Source: a virus (Duplodnaviria > Caudoviricetes). From it: a stretch of 64,000 nucleotides of DNA. Below the pieces are notes generated by a model. The model was not told the origin of the DNA, did no database searches, and worked only from the letters and a program-made list of their open reading frames with translations. The stretch lies in the IMG/VR virus record IMGVR_UViG_3300048583_000043, positions 343 through 64,342 of that record; one strand, given 5' to 3'. Below, piece after piece: positions 47,620 to 57,801 of the stretch (position 1 is the first letter of the stretch; every line of letters starts with the position of its first letter). Both the position numbers and the translations under genes were made by a program.

Positions 47620-50600
47620 ATGAATGACACCCTTCCATCAGCCTTTTCCAGTGTAGGGCTACACAATCCCATCTGGAGACCCCCTTCCTTCATCAACTAC
47701 CCAGACAAGTTTTTGAGAGAAGATGGAGAATGGGCTGTCCCTCCGGGAACGGGGGGAGGAGGTGGCGGAGGGGTGTCAGATGGTGATAAAGGGGACATCA
47801 TTGTCTCTGGTTCATCATCTATCTGGACTATTGACAACGGAGTTGTTACGCTGGCTAAAATGGCCAATGTATCATCTGGTGTCCTTCTTGGTAGAAACAC
47901 AGCAGGTTCTGGTGTTGTAGAAGCTCTTGCCCCCGCTACGGTGAGGGGATTGCTTCTCCTAGGAACTGCTGCTCTTTCAGCCACTACAGATTTTGCCACA
48001 GCCGCTCAAGGGACATTGGCTTCTACAGCAATGCAGCCCGGGGCTTTTGGTCTTGGTGCCAATTACCCAGATTTGGATTCTGATAGCACCACCAACAGGA
48101 CACAGTTTTTTAGAGCTTCAACAGGAACACGTCCTACAGCAGATAATTATCATACCATCCATATGACCAAAGCGGCTCCTAACCAATCTGCTCAGATTAT
48201 GATCAGGGATGGTGCTGTAACAGACAGACAAAGGCTCTTCTATCGTACTAGAAATGGTTCAGGGGTTTGGACACCCTTTGCTGAAGTTCAGCCTATCCAA
48301 AGTGGTTCTACAAGGGTAAATAGCGGATTGGTTACAGGGTTGGAGTTTTATGACACCACCCTCAATCAACCTATTTGGCGTAATGCTGCTAACAATGCTT
48401 GGTTGACATTTGGTGATATTGTCACCACCACAATCAACACCACATCAATTAACGCCCTTTCTGATGTCATCATTACGTCAGCCACCAATGGTCAGGTTTT
48501 AAGTTATGATGGAACTAACTGGGTGAATGTCACTTTGGACACCAGTGTTCCAGATGGGGACAAGGGTGATGTAACAGTTAGTGGTACAGGCACTGTATGG
48601 ACCATTGATAATGGTGTTGTGACATTGGCTAAAATGGCTAACGTTGCTACAGGAATTATCTTAGGAAGAGCAACAGCAGGTACAGGGCAAGTAGAAGCCC
48701 TTTCTGCATCTTCAGCAAGAACTGTTTTAGGACTGGCAAACATTGCCACGTCTAGTAGTGCTTCAGATTTATCAACAGGCACCCTTCCATCATCTGTATT
48801 TGATGACACATCTCATGGGAGCAGGGCAGGCGGAATTCTTCATCCAGATGTTACTACATCTGTGTCAGGGTTTATGTCACCTCTTGATAAAATCAAGCTG
48901 GACGGGGTATCCGCAGGAGCCACGGTTAACGCCAGTGACGCTGCTTTGCGTGATAGAGCAACGCACACAGGAACACAGAGTGTTTCAACAATTACAGGGT
49001 TAGCACCAATTGCCACCTCTGCAAGTGCCACGGATTTGTCTGTTGGCACTTTGCCCGCTGCTCGCTTTAGCGATGTTTCTCACGGAGCAAGAGTAGGTGG
49101 CACATTACATGCAGATGCTACAACAAGCGTCTCAGGTTTTATGTCGGGCGCTGACAAGACAAAACTTAATGGTATTGCAACAGGGGCCACAGCAAATGCC
49201 ACTGATGCTGCTCTTAGGGACAGGGCTACACACACTGGTACACAAGCTGTTGGAACCATCACTGGTTTGGCCGCTGTAGCCACGTCAGCAAGTGCTTCTG
49301 ATCTGACAGCAGGAACCTTGGCAGCAGCTAGGATGCCTGCACACACAGGGGACGTGACATCCGCTGTAGGGACAGTTGCTACCACCATTGCAACAGGTGT
49401 TGTATCTAATGCCAAACTTGCTACGGTTGCAACAGCTACAATTAAAGGCAGAGTGACAGCAGGTACAGGAGCCCCTGAGGATCTAACCCCTGCACAAGCC
49501 AAAACAGTTTTGGCTATTGCAGAAGCAGATGTGTCTGGTTTGACAGCATCCCTTGCAGGGAAAGCTAACACAACTCACACCCATGTTATTGCGGACGTAA
49601 CAAGCCTTCAAACCTCATTGGATGCTAAGGCTCCTCTAGCCTCCCCCGTCCTTACAGGCACGCCGACAGCTCCTACAGCAGCTAATGGTACAAACACTAC
49701 ACAACTTGCCACCACAGCTTTTGTTCTTGGTACACGTCTTGATCAACTTGCTGTCCCAACAGCTAATGTTTCACTTAATGCTCAAAAGATTACCAATCTT
49801 GCTGAACCAACTGCTCTAACTGATGCAGCAACAAAGAACTACGTAGATTCCCTTGCTACGGGGTTGCAGGCAAAAACACCAGCAAGAGTTGCTACAACAG
49901 CAAATATTGCTACATTGTCAGGATTATTGACAGTTGATGGTGTAACTCTTGTAGCAACAAACCGTGTTCTCGTAAAAGATCAGACAACACAAAGTCAAAA
50001 TGGTATTTATGAAGCATCGGCGGGGGCTTGGACAAGGACTACAGATGGTGACACTTGGAACGAACTACGTTCTGCTTATGTCTTCATTACAGAAGGTACA
50101 GTTAACAGTCAAATTGGATTTGTGTCAAACATTCCAGCGGCTGGTACATTAGGCACTGATCCTGTAACATTTGTTCAGTTTTCAAGCGCAAGTCAACCTA
50201 TTGCTGGTAATGGTTTAACCAAAACCGGAAACACTTTTGACGTTGTTGCTAACTCAGGTATTACAGCCACTGCTGATGCTATTGCTCTAAATGGTCAAGC
50301 TCTCGCCTTGCACAACCTAGCTACAAACGGGGTTATTGCTCGGACGGCAGCAGGAACGTTGACAGCAAGATCGGTTGCTTCATCTGGTACAGGTGTTTCA
50401 GTTACAAACGGGGATGGTGTTGCTGGCAACCCAACTGTGACATTAACGGCTGCTCTTAGCACCGTAGGTGGTCTCACCCCTGCTGCTGATAGATTGCCCT
50501 ATTACACAGGCGCAGGGACAGCGGCATTAGCGACATTTACAGCATTTGGTCGTAGCCTTGTTGATGATGCAACAAACACAGCAGCAAGGACAACTCTTGG

Positions 50601-53418
50601 GCTTGGCTCTCTTTCAACCTTAAGCACTATTGTAGATGCTAATATCACCGCTGCTACAATTACAGATGCTAAATTGGCAAACGTTGCTACAGGTACAATC
50701 ACTGGACGAGTTACAGCCGGGACGGGAAGTAGGGAAAACCTCACCCCCGCTCAGGTTAAAACTCTTCTAGCAATTAGTGTTGCGGATGTAGCCACGCTTC
50801 AAGCATCTTTAGATGCCAAAGCTGCTCTCTCTCATACACATGTTCAAAGTGAAATTACAGGACTTGTAGCGGCTCTTGCTGCCAAGTCAGACACATCTCA
50901 TGGTCACGCTGCGGCTACAGTTAGTGTTGATGGTTTCATGTCCAGTGTCGATAAGACAAAATTGGACACTGTGTCTACAGGAGCAACAGCTAATGCGACA
51001 GATGCAGATTTAAGAGATAGGGCCACACATACAGGAACTCAAAGTGTGGCCACTATCACTGGGTTAGCAACAGTCGCCACTTCTGGTAGTGCAACAGATC
51101 TGACAACAGGCACATTACCCGCAGGTCGTCTACCTGCGCATACAGGGGATGTTACATCACCACTGGGGAGTTCAGTTAATACAATTGCTGCGGATGCAGT
51201 GACAAACACTAAACTCGCTAACATGCCTTCTTTGACAATTAAGGGAAATAACACAGGTTCTGTGGGAGATCCGCTTGATTTGTCTGTAACACAAGTTAGA
51301 ACGCTCCTTGGACTAGGTGCAGCAGCCCTTTTAAACACAGGGACATCTGCTGGTACAGTGGCCACAGGCGACCATACACATGCTCTTGCGACTGTCTCTT
51401 CAAGCGGTTTTATGTCTGCCACAGACAAAACCACTTTAAACACAGCATCTAGCGATGCTACTGAGGCTGTTGGTGTTACACGAAGGGTGTTTAATGATCT
51501 AAGTGGACTACTTGCTTCTACGACATCTTTTAGTGTCGGAACTTTAATTTTTGTTATCGCCCAAGAAGCTTCTTATGTTGTTATCACAGGCCCTGCTCTT
51601 ACACGCCACCTTACAACGGCTGGGGGTGTAATCCTAGAGGTTCAACCAGGTGTTGGCAACAGATACTACGCTTCCCATTTTGGTGCTGTAAAAGACGTTG
51701 CCTTGGACCAACAGCCTTCATTGGCTAAGATGGTCTCAGCAGTTAAGTTTAGTGTTGATAACAATATTCCTGCATCAGGGGTTTTTGACGGCACTTACAG
51801 TCTTAACCAAACCCTCGCTCTTAACACTCGTGCTCATTGGTATTTTGAGAATTTCTTAAAAGCCATGGATACGTTCCCCCTCAATGATTATATGCTTAAT
51901 ATTCAAGCTTTGAATGGGGATTTGCACGAAGTTAAGTTGGCTTGTAATTACAGGGCTGCTGGTATTCTTCAAAGTTCTGGTCAAACTCTCATCCACAACC
52001 CAGTTATTGAACGGTATAAGGTTGTAGGAATTGACCTAAATGGTACAGCAGGTGATACAAAGGTTATTCAACCTTTCATCACTCAAATTTTTAATTCTGA
52101 TAGTGTTCTTTTTGAAGATGACGCCAGCTTTGATGGTATTGGTATCAGAATGTGGAGGGCCGATGATGAAGTTATCGGTGGTATCACTAGGTACACCGGA
52201 ACTTGCATCCTTGTAAAATCCACAGGTAAAACCACTTGGATCTCTGGTCATCACCCCTACAATGGGAGACCAAAACTTGTAGGAGAGCCTGCTAACCCAC
52301 GTCTTAATGCAAAACTTATTGTCGTTGAGAATGGGGCTGCTGGTATTAATATTCAAGACTGCTATCTTGACAATGGCCAATGTGAATTCTATTCCCCCCT
52401 AGTCTCTATGCGGAATTGTCGCTTCTTGGCAAACCCAGAAGCTGTCACTCTCCCAGGGGACGCTCTTCTCAGAATCTACCATAATGGTCAAAATGCTCCT
52501 TGGCAGTTTGATTATGATTGTAAGGTGATTGACAGAACAATGTATTCAGGTCTTCAAGACATTGAATACATGTCTGGCTTCTCGGGAGTTTATGCAGGGT
52601 TTGTTGCAAACATCCCTGACGGCGCTGCTTTAATGGCAAATGGTGGGAAGTTTACCATTTTCCATAGAGACTCCACTGAAAATGATTTTGAAACAGTTTA
52701 TAAACCAGAGGGGTTTATACGTTACAATTATCGTATCGGGGCTGTAGCAAATAATTTTGCTTACATGGATTGGGGGCCTAATCAAACCACTTTTGCTAAC
52801 GAGAATTTTCGTTTTAGGCCCAGAGCAGGGGTTACAGACACTGCTATTTATCTAGGAAGCACAGGTTCTAACGGGATTTCACACACAGGGACTGACATTA
52901 CAGTGGCAAGTTCCTCTAATCTCTCGTTAGATGGAGATTTAGTCACCTTTAAAACATCTGGCGTTAGCCGGGTTGAAATTCCTACAGGAGGGTTGTCTTT
53001 CCGACCTGTTGCAAATAACGTAACTAACTTAGGTGCTGCTGGTTTTAGATGGAAAGAGGTTTTTTCTGTCAATGGTGTTATTAACACATCTGATGCTCGT
53101 TTAAAAAGAGATGTCAGAGATGTTAATGAGGTGGAAAAGATTGTCGCAAAGAGGATAAAAAAGGAACTCCTTAAAGCATACAAATTTAAAGATGATGACA
53201 AGATCCATTTTGGTATTCTTGCTCAAGAGCTTGCTCAAATTTTTGTAGAAGAAGGTCTTAATCCATTTGACTATTCAATGCTTGACTACCAAACATGGAA
53301 AGAAGAGCCTGCTGTTTATGACAGCGAAGGTAATTTAACACGAGAAAAAGTGGAAGCAGGAGATGCTTGGGGTGTCCGTTACACCGAACTCTTTGCTTTT
53401 ATACTATCATCTGACTAG
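47620..53418 (+). CDS. Giant mosaic fibre/tailspike with a beta-helix domain and C-terminal intramolecular chaperone (peptidase S74-like)
   Basis: Fibre repeats (KAPLASPVLTGTPTAPT, DAATKNYVD, LRDRATHTGTQ x3), a knob-like domain, a beta-helix-like region, and TSDARLKRDV...GILAQEL...VRYTEL. Confidence 0.85.
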   Translation: MNDTLPSAFSSVGLHNPIWRPPSFINYPDKFLREDGEWAVPPGTGGGGGGGVSDGDKGDIIVSGSSSIWTIDNGVVTLAKMANVSSGVLLGRNTAGSGVVEALAPATVRGLLLLGTAALSATTDFATAAQGTLASTAMQPGAFGLGANYPDLDSDSTTNRTQFFRASTGTRPTADNYHTIHMTKAAPNQSAQIMIRDGAVTDRQRLFYRTRNGSGVWTPFAEVQPIQSGSTRVNSGLVTGLEFYDTTLNQPIWRNAANNAWLTFGDIVTTTINTTSINALSDVIITSATNGQVLSYDGTNWVNVTLDTSVPDGDKGDVTVSGTGTVWTIDNGVVTLAKMANVATGIILGRATAGTGQVEALSASSARTVLGLANIATSSSASDLSTGTLPSSVFDDTSHGSRAGGILHPDVTTSVSGFMSPLDKIKLDGVSAGATVNASDAALRDRATHTGTQSVSTITGLAPIATSASATDLSVGTLPAARFSDVSHGARVGGTLHADATTSVSGFMSGADKTKLNGIATGATANATDAALRDRATHTGTQAVGTITGLAAVATSASASDLTAGTLAAARMPAHTGDVTSAVGTVATTIATGVVSNAKLATVATATIKGRVTAGTGAPEDLTPAQAKTVLAIAEADVSGLTASLAGKANTTHTHVIADVTSLQTSLDAKAPLASPVLTGTPTAPTAANGTNTTQLATTAFVLGTRLDQLAVPTANVSLNAQKITNLAEPTALTDAATKNYVDSLATGLQAKTPARVATTANIATLSGLLTVDGVTLVATNRVLVKDQTTQSQNGIYEASAGAWTRTTDGDTWNELRSAYVFITEGTVNSQIGFVSNIPAAGTLGTDPVTFVQFSSASQPIAGNGLTKTGNTFDVVANSGITATADAIALNGQALALHNLATNGVIARTAAGTLTARSVASSGTGVSVTNGDGVAGNPTVTLTAALSTVGGLTPAADRLPYYTGAGTAALATFTAFGRSLVDDATNTAARTTLGLGSLSTLSTIVDANITAATITDAKLANVATGTITGRVTAGTGSRENLTPAQVKTLLAISVADVATLQASLDAKAALSHTHVQSEITGLVAALAAKSDTSHGHAAATVSVDGFMSSVDKTKLDTVSTGATANATDADLRDRATHTGTQSVATITGLATVATSGSATDLTTGTLPAGRLPAHTGDVTSPLGSSVNTIAADAVTNTKLANMPSLTIKGNNTGSVGDPLDLSVTQVRTLLGLGAAALLNTGTSAGTVATGDHTHALATVSSSGFMSATDKTTLNTASSDATEAVGVTRRVFNDLSGLLASTTSFSVGTLIFVIAQEASYVVITGPALTRHLTTAGGVILEVQPGVGNRYYASHFGAVKDVALDQQPSLAKMVSAVKFSVDNNIPASGVFDGTYSLNQTLALNTRAHWYFENFLKAMDTFPLNDYMLNIQALNGDLHEVKLACNYRAAGILQSSGQTLIHNPVIERYKVVGIDLNGTAGDTKVIQPFITQIFNSDSVLFEDDASFDGIGIRMWRADDEVIGGITRYTGTCILVKSTGKTTWISGHHPYNGRPKLVGEPANPRLNAKLIVVENGAAGINIQDCYLDNGQCEFYSPLVSMRNCRFLANPEAVTLPGDALLRIYHNGQNAPWQFDYDCKVIDRTMYSGLQDIEYMSGFSGVYAGFVANIPDGAALMANGGKFTIFHRDSTENDFETVYKPEGFIRYNYRIGAVANNFAYMDWGPNQTTFANENFRFRPRAGVTDTAIYLGSTGSNGISHTGTDITVASSSNLSLDGDLVTFKTSGVSRVEIPTGGLSFRPVANNVTNLGAAGFRWKEVFSVNGVINTSDARLKRDVRDVNEVEKIVAKRIKKELLKAYKFKDDDKIHFGILAQELAQIFVEEGLNPFDYSMLDYQTWKEEPAVYDSEGNLTREKVEAGDAWGVRYTELFAFILSSD
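48790..51180 (+). repeat. Three ~80-aa coding repeats (GFMS..DK.KL..GATANATDA.LRDRATHTGTQ.V.TITGLA..ATS.SA.DL..GTL)
   Basis: Copies near 48.9, 49.1 and 50.9 kb. Confidence 0.8.
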
Positions 53419-53459
53419 GGGGAGGATCTTTTCCTCCCCCTCCTTATTAAGGAGACAAT

Positions 53460-53699
53460 ATGCCAGTGGCAAACATTTCCCCCGGTGCTTGGACGGCTCT
53501 TGTCACCACAGCAGCGGACACAGTTATTCAAAATCAAAGTCAGCGTGAAGTTTATATCACTACGGAGGCTACAGGTGGTTTAGGTGCTAAAGATGGCACT
53601 TGGCTAAAGCCTTATGAAGAAGTGGTCATCTCTACTGGTAAAAACGTAGCGATTTACGCTCATCTTGGGACAGCACGTATTCACTATATGGATGCTTAA
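53460..53699 (+). CDS. Small structural/adaptor-like protein
   Basis: AGGAG RBS; beta-rich, 79 aa; coupled to the next spike gene. Confidence 0.6.
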   Translation: MPVANISPGAWTALVTTAADTVIQNQSQREVYITTEATGGLGAKDGTWLKPYEEVVISTGKNVAIYAHLGTARIHYMDA

Positions 53700-56516
53700 A
53701 TGCCATTAACAAACAGGGCAAATGCCAAATTCAAGGGCCTCTCTGCCCTGTTTTCTAGCAGGGCGGGGGGTGGTGGGGGGCCGCCCGATGCACTGAGAAC
53801 CATCGGCGCGCTTACCCGCGTTGGCGCGGGCGGCCGGGCCATCCCTGCGGCCAATGGCACCTACGGCCCGTACACGGTCGCCAGCGGCATCATGACGCCG
53901 AACACGGCCCCTGTGACGCCCGGCACCTACAATGTGGGCGGCGTGACGATCACGGCTGAGGCGGATACCTATGATGTGGGCACGGGGCAGCTTGCGGCGG
54001 TCATCGCGCTTGGGTCTGCGGCGCTGGACGGGAAAACGATCAAGGTGCTGCCGGGCGCGGATGCCTGCGGGGCGGCGACGGGCAGTTCGGTCAGCCTTGG
54101 CACTGGGATCAGTCTCACCAATCCCCTGACGATCACCTCCCGCGACACGAGCAACCAAGGTTTTGTGCGGCGGTTTGTTCTGACGCATGGCGGGCAACTG
54201 ATCCTGCGGCAGGTCAAGGTGCGGGATACCTTTGTGCTGGCGGCGGATACCTACGGGGCTACGCGGATCATCAACTTCGGGAATAACGCTGGCGGACGGT
54301 CGCGGCTTTGGCTGGACGAGTGCGAATGCTATTCCAACGACATCGGGACAATCAACACGACGCTCCTGGCGTCGGGCACGAATGCGGCGACCGCATCAGG
54401 CACGTTGATCAGCTTCTCCAATTCGCCTGACCTTTCGAGCGTTCCGACTGATCGCAGCGCGACAATTCTGGTCGGCGGCTCACTGCGCACCATCGTCGGC
54501 GTGGATAACATCGCAAAAACCGTTACGGTCAGTAGTTCGATCACGGTGACCAGCGTCAGCTACACCATCGGCTTCACCCCGCAAATCCTGCGGATCACGG
54601 GCCAAGACGGCAGCATTACCAATCCCCCTGACCTGATGGTTACAAATTGCCACTTCCATGATGTCGAAAAGGCGCTGACCGGCTTGCACAGGTCAGTTGA
54701 CATTCAGGATACCCTGTTCGACACGGCCTATTCCGACCACACATCCTTCTCGGTCAACGGGTCGGAGACCAAATTCGACATCATCAACAACGTCTTTGGG
54801 CGGGCATCCGGCCTAGGGGGCGATCCGCTCAATCCGCATGTGGACGACATGCAACTGAATACCGGCCCGATGACAGTGGACAATACGGTGCCATACCGTT
54901 TCATCGGCAACGTATCGTGGTCCGGGCCAGATGGTCGGGCGCGGGACAAGCAATTCATCTTTCTGGAAAACATCCCGTCCGGGCGGCGCGTTCTGGCGGA
55001 AATCGAACACAATATCACAATCACCAAGTCGGTGCATGGCGTGTCGGTCGAACGTCCAGCGGCGGGGACGGTCATTCGCGGGAACACCACGATCCGCGAT
55101 GCTACCAGCGTGGACATCGTGGGGCTTGTGCCCGCAATCGCGACGATCAGCGGCACCTACCCGACTGACGATCTTGCGGGTACGCTGGTCGAATACAACG
55201 TCAGCGGCTTCGTGGACAGGCTCAACGCAACCGAAGTCGGAAACTATGAGTTCGGATCGGCTTTGGCGAATAACGAGGCGGCGGACTATGCCGCTGTCTT
55301 TGCCGGGGCAGCGGCTGACTTCAACACCGACAACCTGACCACGGCGGCGCAGGTTCGCGCGGCTCTGACGCCCGACACGACGGCCCTGTGGCCCGTTGGC
55401 CGGGTGCGGCGCGGGGCGATGTCGGGCTACTATGACTACACGACAAAAGTTGAAGATGCGCCCTGGGATGAAGCCGGGTGGAGCGCCAGCAGGGCTTGGG
55501 GCAACGTCACCGGGGCCACGGTCAATACGCCGGTTGCCAGCAGCAAGATTCAGGTCACAGGCGTCAGTGCGACCGGCACGGCGCTTGTCGTGTCGGGCGG
55601 GATCGCGCCGTCGATCACGATCTACGACACTGACGGCACCACGGTCATCGTCTCTGGCGTGCCGGATGCCTGTGCGCTGAACGGGCAGTGGGTCGAGGTG
55701 CGCGACACGGCTTCCGGCACCGGCCTGACGCTTTCAACGGTGACGATCCGCGCGGGGACAACCACGGGCACATGGACGCATGAAACGGCGGCGGCGGCCT
55801 ACTCGCCTGTTGCTGTCGAATTGGACGGCACAAATGACTGGATGGGGGTCGAAAGCGGCTTCACGTCAACGGGCGGGAAGCAAGCGCTGGTGGCGTTCAG
55901 CGTCTATGTGCCGACTGCATGGCCCTCTTCGGCGGCAACCGTGGTGCAGTTTGTGACCGCAGGCGGAAACATCCAACTCGCCGTCGAACTTACGTCGAGC
56001 GGACGCCTGCTGTGTAGCGCGAGGAACGCAACCAATACCGTGATCGGCGGCTTCACGGCCGCCGTCAGCAGCTTTGTTGCAGACACATGGTATACGATCC
56101 TCGTCGCCTTGGACACCAACACGGGCAAGGGCTGGCAGGTCTACAGCCGCCCGGCTGGCGGATCGTGGGGGGTTGTCGCCAGCAGTTCGGCAACCTTTAC
56201 CGTTGACGGCATCATGGCGGCCTGCACCCGCTGCCGGGTCGGCGCGAGTAGTGCCGCAGGCGGCACCCGCCTGCCGAACAGCTATCTGGCGGATGTCTGG
56301 GCCACCATTGACGAAACGCTTGATCTGTCTGTCGGAGCCAACCGCGACAAGTTCCTGCCGCTGACCGACAAAGGCACAGGCGGCGGCATTCCGACCGGCA
56401 CGGCCCCGCGCCTGTTCCTGTCCGGCCCGGTTGCGAGCTGGCACACCAACGACGGCACGGGCGGCGGGCTGACGCTCTACGGCGCGCTTACCGCCGCGCC
56501 TAGCACGCCGACCTAA
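53700..56516 (+). CDS. Second spike/adhesin (beta-helix plus LamG/ConA-like C-terminal domain), GC-rich
   Basis: Parallel beta-helix-like repeats, HVDDMQ motif and VELDGTNDW...DTWYTILVA...LADVW pattern; abrupt rise in GC after ~53,775. Confidence 0.7.
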   Translation: MPLTNRANAKFKGLSALFSSRAGGGGGPPDALRTIGALTRVGAGGRAIPAANGTYGPYTVASGIMTPNTAPVTPGTYNVGGVTITAEADTYDVGTGQLAAVIALGSAALDGKTIKVLPGADACGAATGSSVSLGTGISLTNPLTITSRDTSNQGFVRRFVLTHGGQLILRQVKVRDTFVLAADTYGATRIINFGNNAGGRSRLWLDECECYSNDIGTINTTLLASGTNAATASGTLISFSNSPDLSSVPTDRSATILVGGSLRTIVGVDNIAKTVTVSSSITVTSVSYTIGFTPQILRITGQDGSITNPPDLMVTNCHFHDVEKALTGLHRSVDIQDTLFDTAYSDHTSFSVNGSETKFDIINNVFGRASGLGGDPLNPHVDDMQLNTGPMTVDNTVPYRFIGNVSWSGPDGRARDKQFIFLENIPSGRRVLAEIEHNITITKSVHGVSVERPAAGTVIRGNTTIRDATSVDIVGLVPAIATISGTYPTDDLAGTLVEYNVSGFVDRLNATEVGNYEFGSALANNEAADYAAVFAGAAADFNTDNLTTAAQVRAALTPDTTALWPVGRVRRGAMSGYYDYTTKVEDAPWDEAGWSASRAWGNVTGATVNTPVASSKIQVTGVSATGTALVVSGGIAPSITIYDTDGTTVIVSGVPDACALNGQWVEVRDTASGTGLTLSTVTIRAGTTTGTWTHETAAAAYSPVAVELDGTNDWMGVESGFTSTGGKQALVAFSVYVPTAWPSSAATVVQFVTAGGNIQLAVELTSSGRLLCSARNATNTVIGGFTAAVSSFVADTWYTILVALDTNTGKGWQVYSRPAGGSWGVVASSSATFTVDGIMAACTRCRVGASSAAGGTRLPNSYLADVWATIDETLDLSVGANRDKFLPLTDKGTGGGIPTGTAPRLFLSGPVASWHTNDGTGGGLTLYGALTAAPSTPT

Positions 56517-56668
56517 GGCGCACCCGCCCCGATGATCAGCAGGAGGCAAAGCTGTAGTAGCTTTGTCTCCCCCTCTTAAATTAAAAGGAATCTCAATTGC
56601 TACATCAATTGGCCTTCGGGTAGTTGCAGTGGGTAGATGGTTCTAATTAGCTTCACAAGGAAAATATT

Positions 56669-57031
56669 ATGGCTAAACGTTCTCTTACAAAACAACAGGA
56701 GCTTTTCTTAGAAGCCCTCTTTGGGGAGGCTGGTGGTGATTTGTATGCAGCAAAGCGTATTGCAGGTTATTCCCCTAACTACTCTATGGCCGAAGTTATT
56801 AGCACTCTTAAAGATGAAATTGTCGAAAGAACTAAAACTTACTTGGCTCTTCATGCTCCTAAAGCCTCAATCAAATTGACAAAGGTGTTAGACACTCCTG
56901 AAAAACTAGGCAACGATAATATCCTTAAAGCTGCCAAAGAAATTCTTGACAGAGCAGGCGTAAATAAGTCTGAAACAGTGGAAATTGGTTCCGGGGGTAT
57001 TTTCATCTTACCTGCTAAAAAGGCGGAATAA
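56669..57031 (+). CDS. terS: Terminase small subunit
   Basis: LTKQQELFLEALFGEAGGD...AKRIAGYS; AAKEILDRAG; C-terminal GIFILPAK; upstream of TerL. Confidence 0.7.
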   Translation: MAKRSLTKQQELFLEALFGEAGGDLYAAKRIAGYSPNYSMAEVISTLKDEIVERTKTYLALHAPKASIKLTKVLDTPEKLGNDNILKAAKEILDRAGVNKSETVEIGSGGIFILPAKKAE

Positions 57032-57273
57032 TGTATAAGCGTGATCTTGCAAAAGAATATAGAGAGCACGGAGGCACCCCTGAACAGATTAAGAGGCGGT
57101 CTGCAAGAAACAAAGCAAGGCGGCAAGCTATCAAAGAAGGTCGTGTCAGAAAAGGGGATGGAAAAGAAATTGACCACAAAAACTTTAACCCCCTTGATAA
57201 CAGAAAATCTAATCTTCGTGTTATTAGTAAAAAAGCCAATAGAACAAAACAGCCCAAAAGAGGCAAAGGATGA
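57031..57273 (+). CDS. Small packaging-associated HNH endonuclease
   Basis: RSARNKARR...GDGKEIDHKN...DNRKSNLRVISKKANR. Confidence 0.8.
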   Translation: MYKRDLAKEYREHGGTPEQIKRRSARNKARRQAIKEGRVRKGDGKEIDHKNFNPLDNRKSNLRVISKKANRTKQPKRGKG

Positions 57274-57653
57274 CTGAACAACTCTCTCTTTTCTTTGCAG
57301 AGGACTATTACACCCCTATTCCTCGTCTTTCTAAAACCATCCCCTTTGGTTATAAAGAAGACCCCAATGATCCTGACATGCTCCTACCAATTGAATATGA
57401 ACTTCTTGTCCTTGAAAAAGCCAAAGAGTATTTAAAAAACTATTCATACCGTGTTGTAGCTAATTGGGTTACTGAGACTACAGGGCGTTATATTTCTCAT
57501 GTGGGACTCAGAAAGAGGTTTTTAGATGAAAAGGCCAGAGCTAAAAAACTTGCCGCCCTTAGAACCTGGAATAGGCGTAACCAAGAAAGATTGGAAAAAA
57601 TCCGCGCTTATGAGAGAACAAGGCTTGGGGCCAAAGACACCTCCTACAATTAA
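57270..57653 (+). CDS. Conserved hypothetical protein of the packaging module
   Basis: IPRLSKTIPFGY...YSYRVVANW...TGRYISHVGLRKR. Confidence 0.65.
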   Translation: MTEQLSLFFAEDYYTPIPRLSKTIPFGYKEDPNDPDMLLPIEYELLVLEKAKEYLKNYSYRVVANWVTETTGRYISHVGLRKRFLDEKARAKKLAALRTWNRRNQERLEKIRAYERTRLGAKDTSYN

Positions 57654-57801
57654 AGATATTATTGAAGAGGTTGAAAAGCAGGTGGTTGAAGAGGCTGTTG
57701 CTCAAGAAGAAAATGTAGTTTTCCGCCCCAACCCCGGCCCTCAGACAGAGTTTCTTGCGTCTCCTGAGAGAGAAGTGTTGTATGGCGGGGCTGCCGGAGG
57801 T
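57610..57801 (+). CDS. terL: Terminase large subunit, exon 1
   Basis: FRPNPGPQTEFLASPEREVLYGGAAGG, the first half of Walker A. Start is approximate. Confidence 0.85.

Noticed and set aside
4100-51180. Tandem repeats as a CRISPR array or DGR template/variable repeats
   Set aside because: The repeats are in-frame coding units diverged at synonymous sites; there are no spacers, cas genes or reverse transcriptase.
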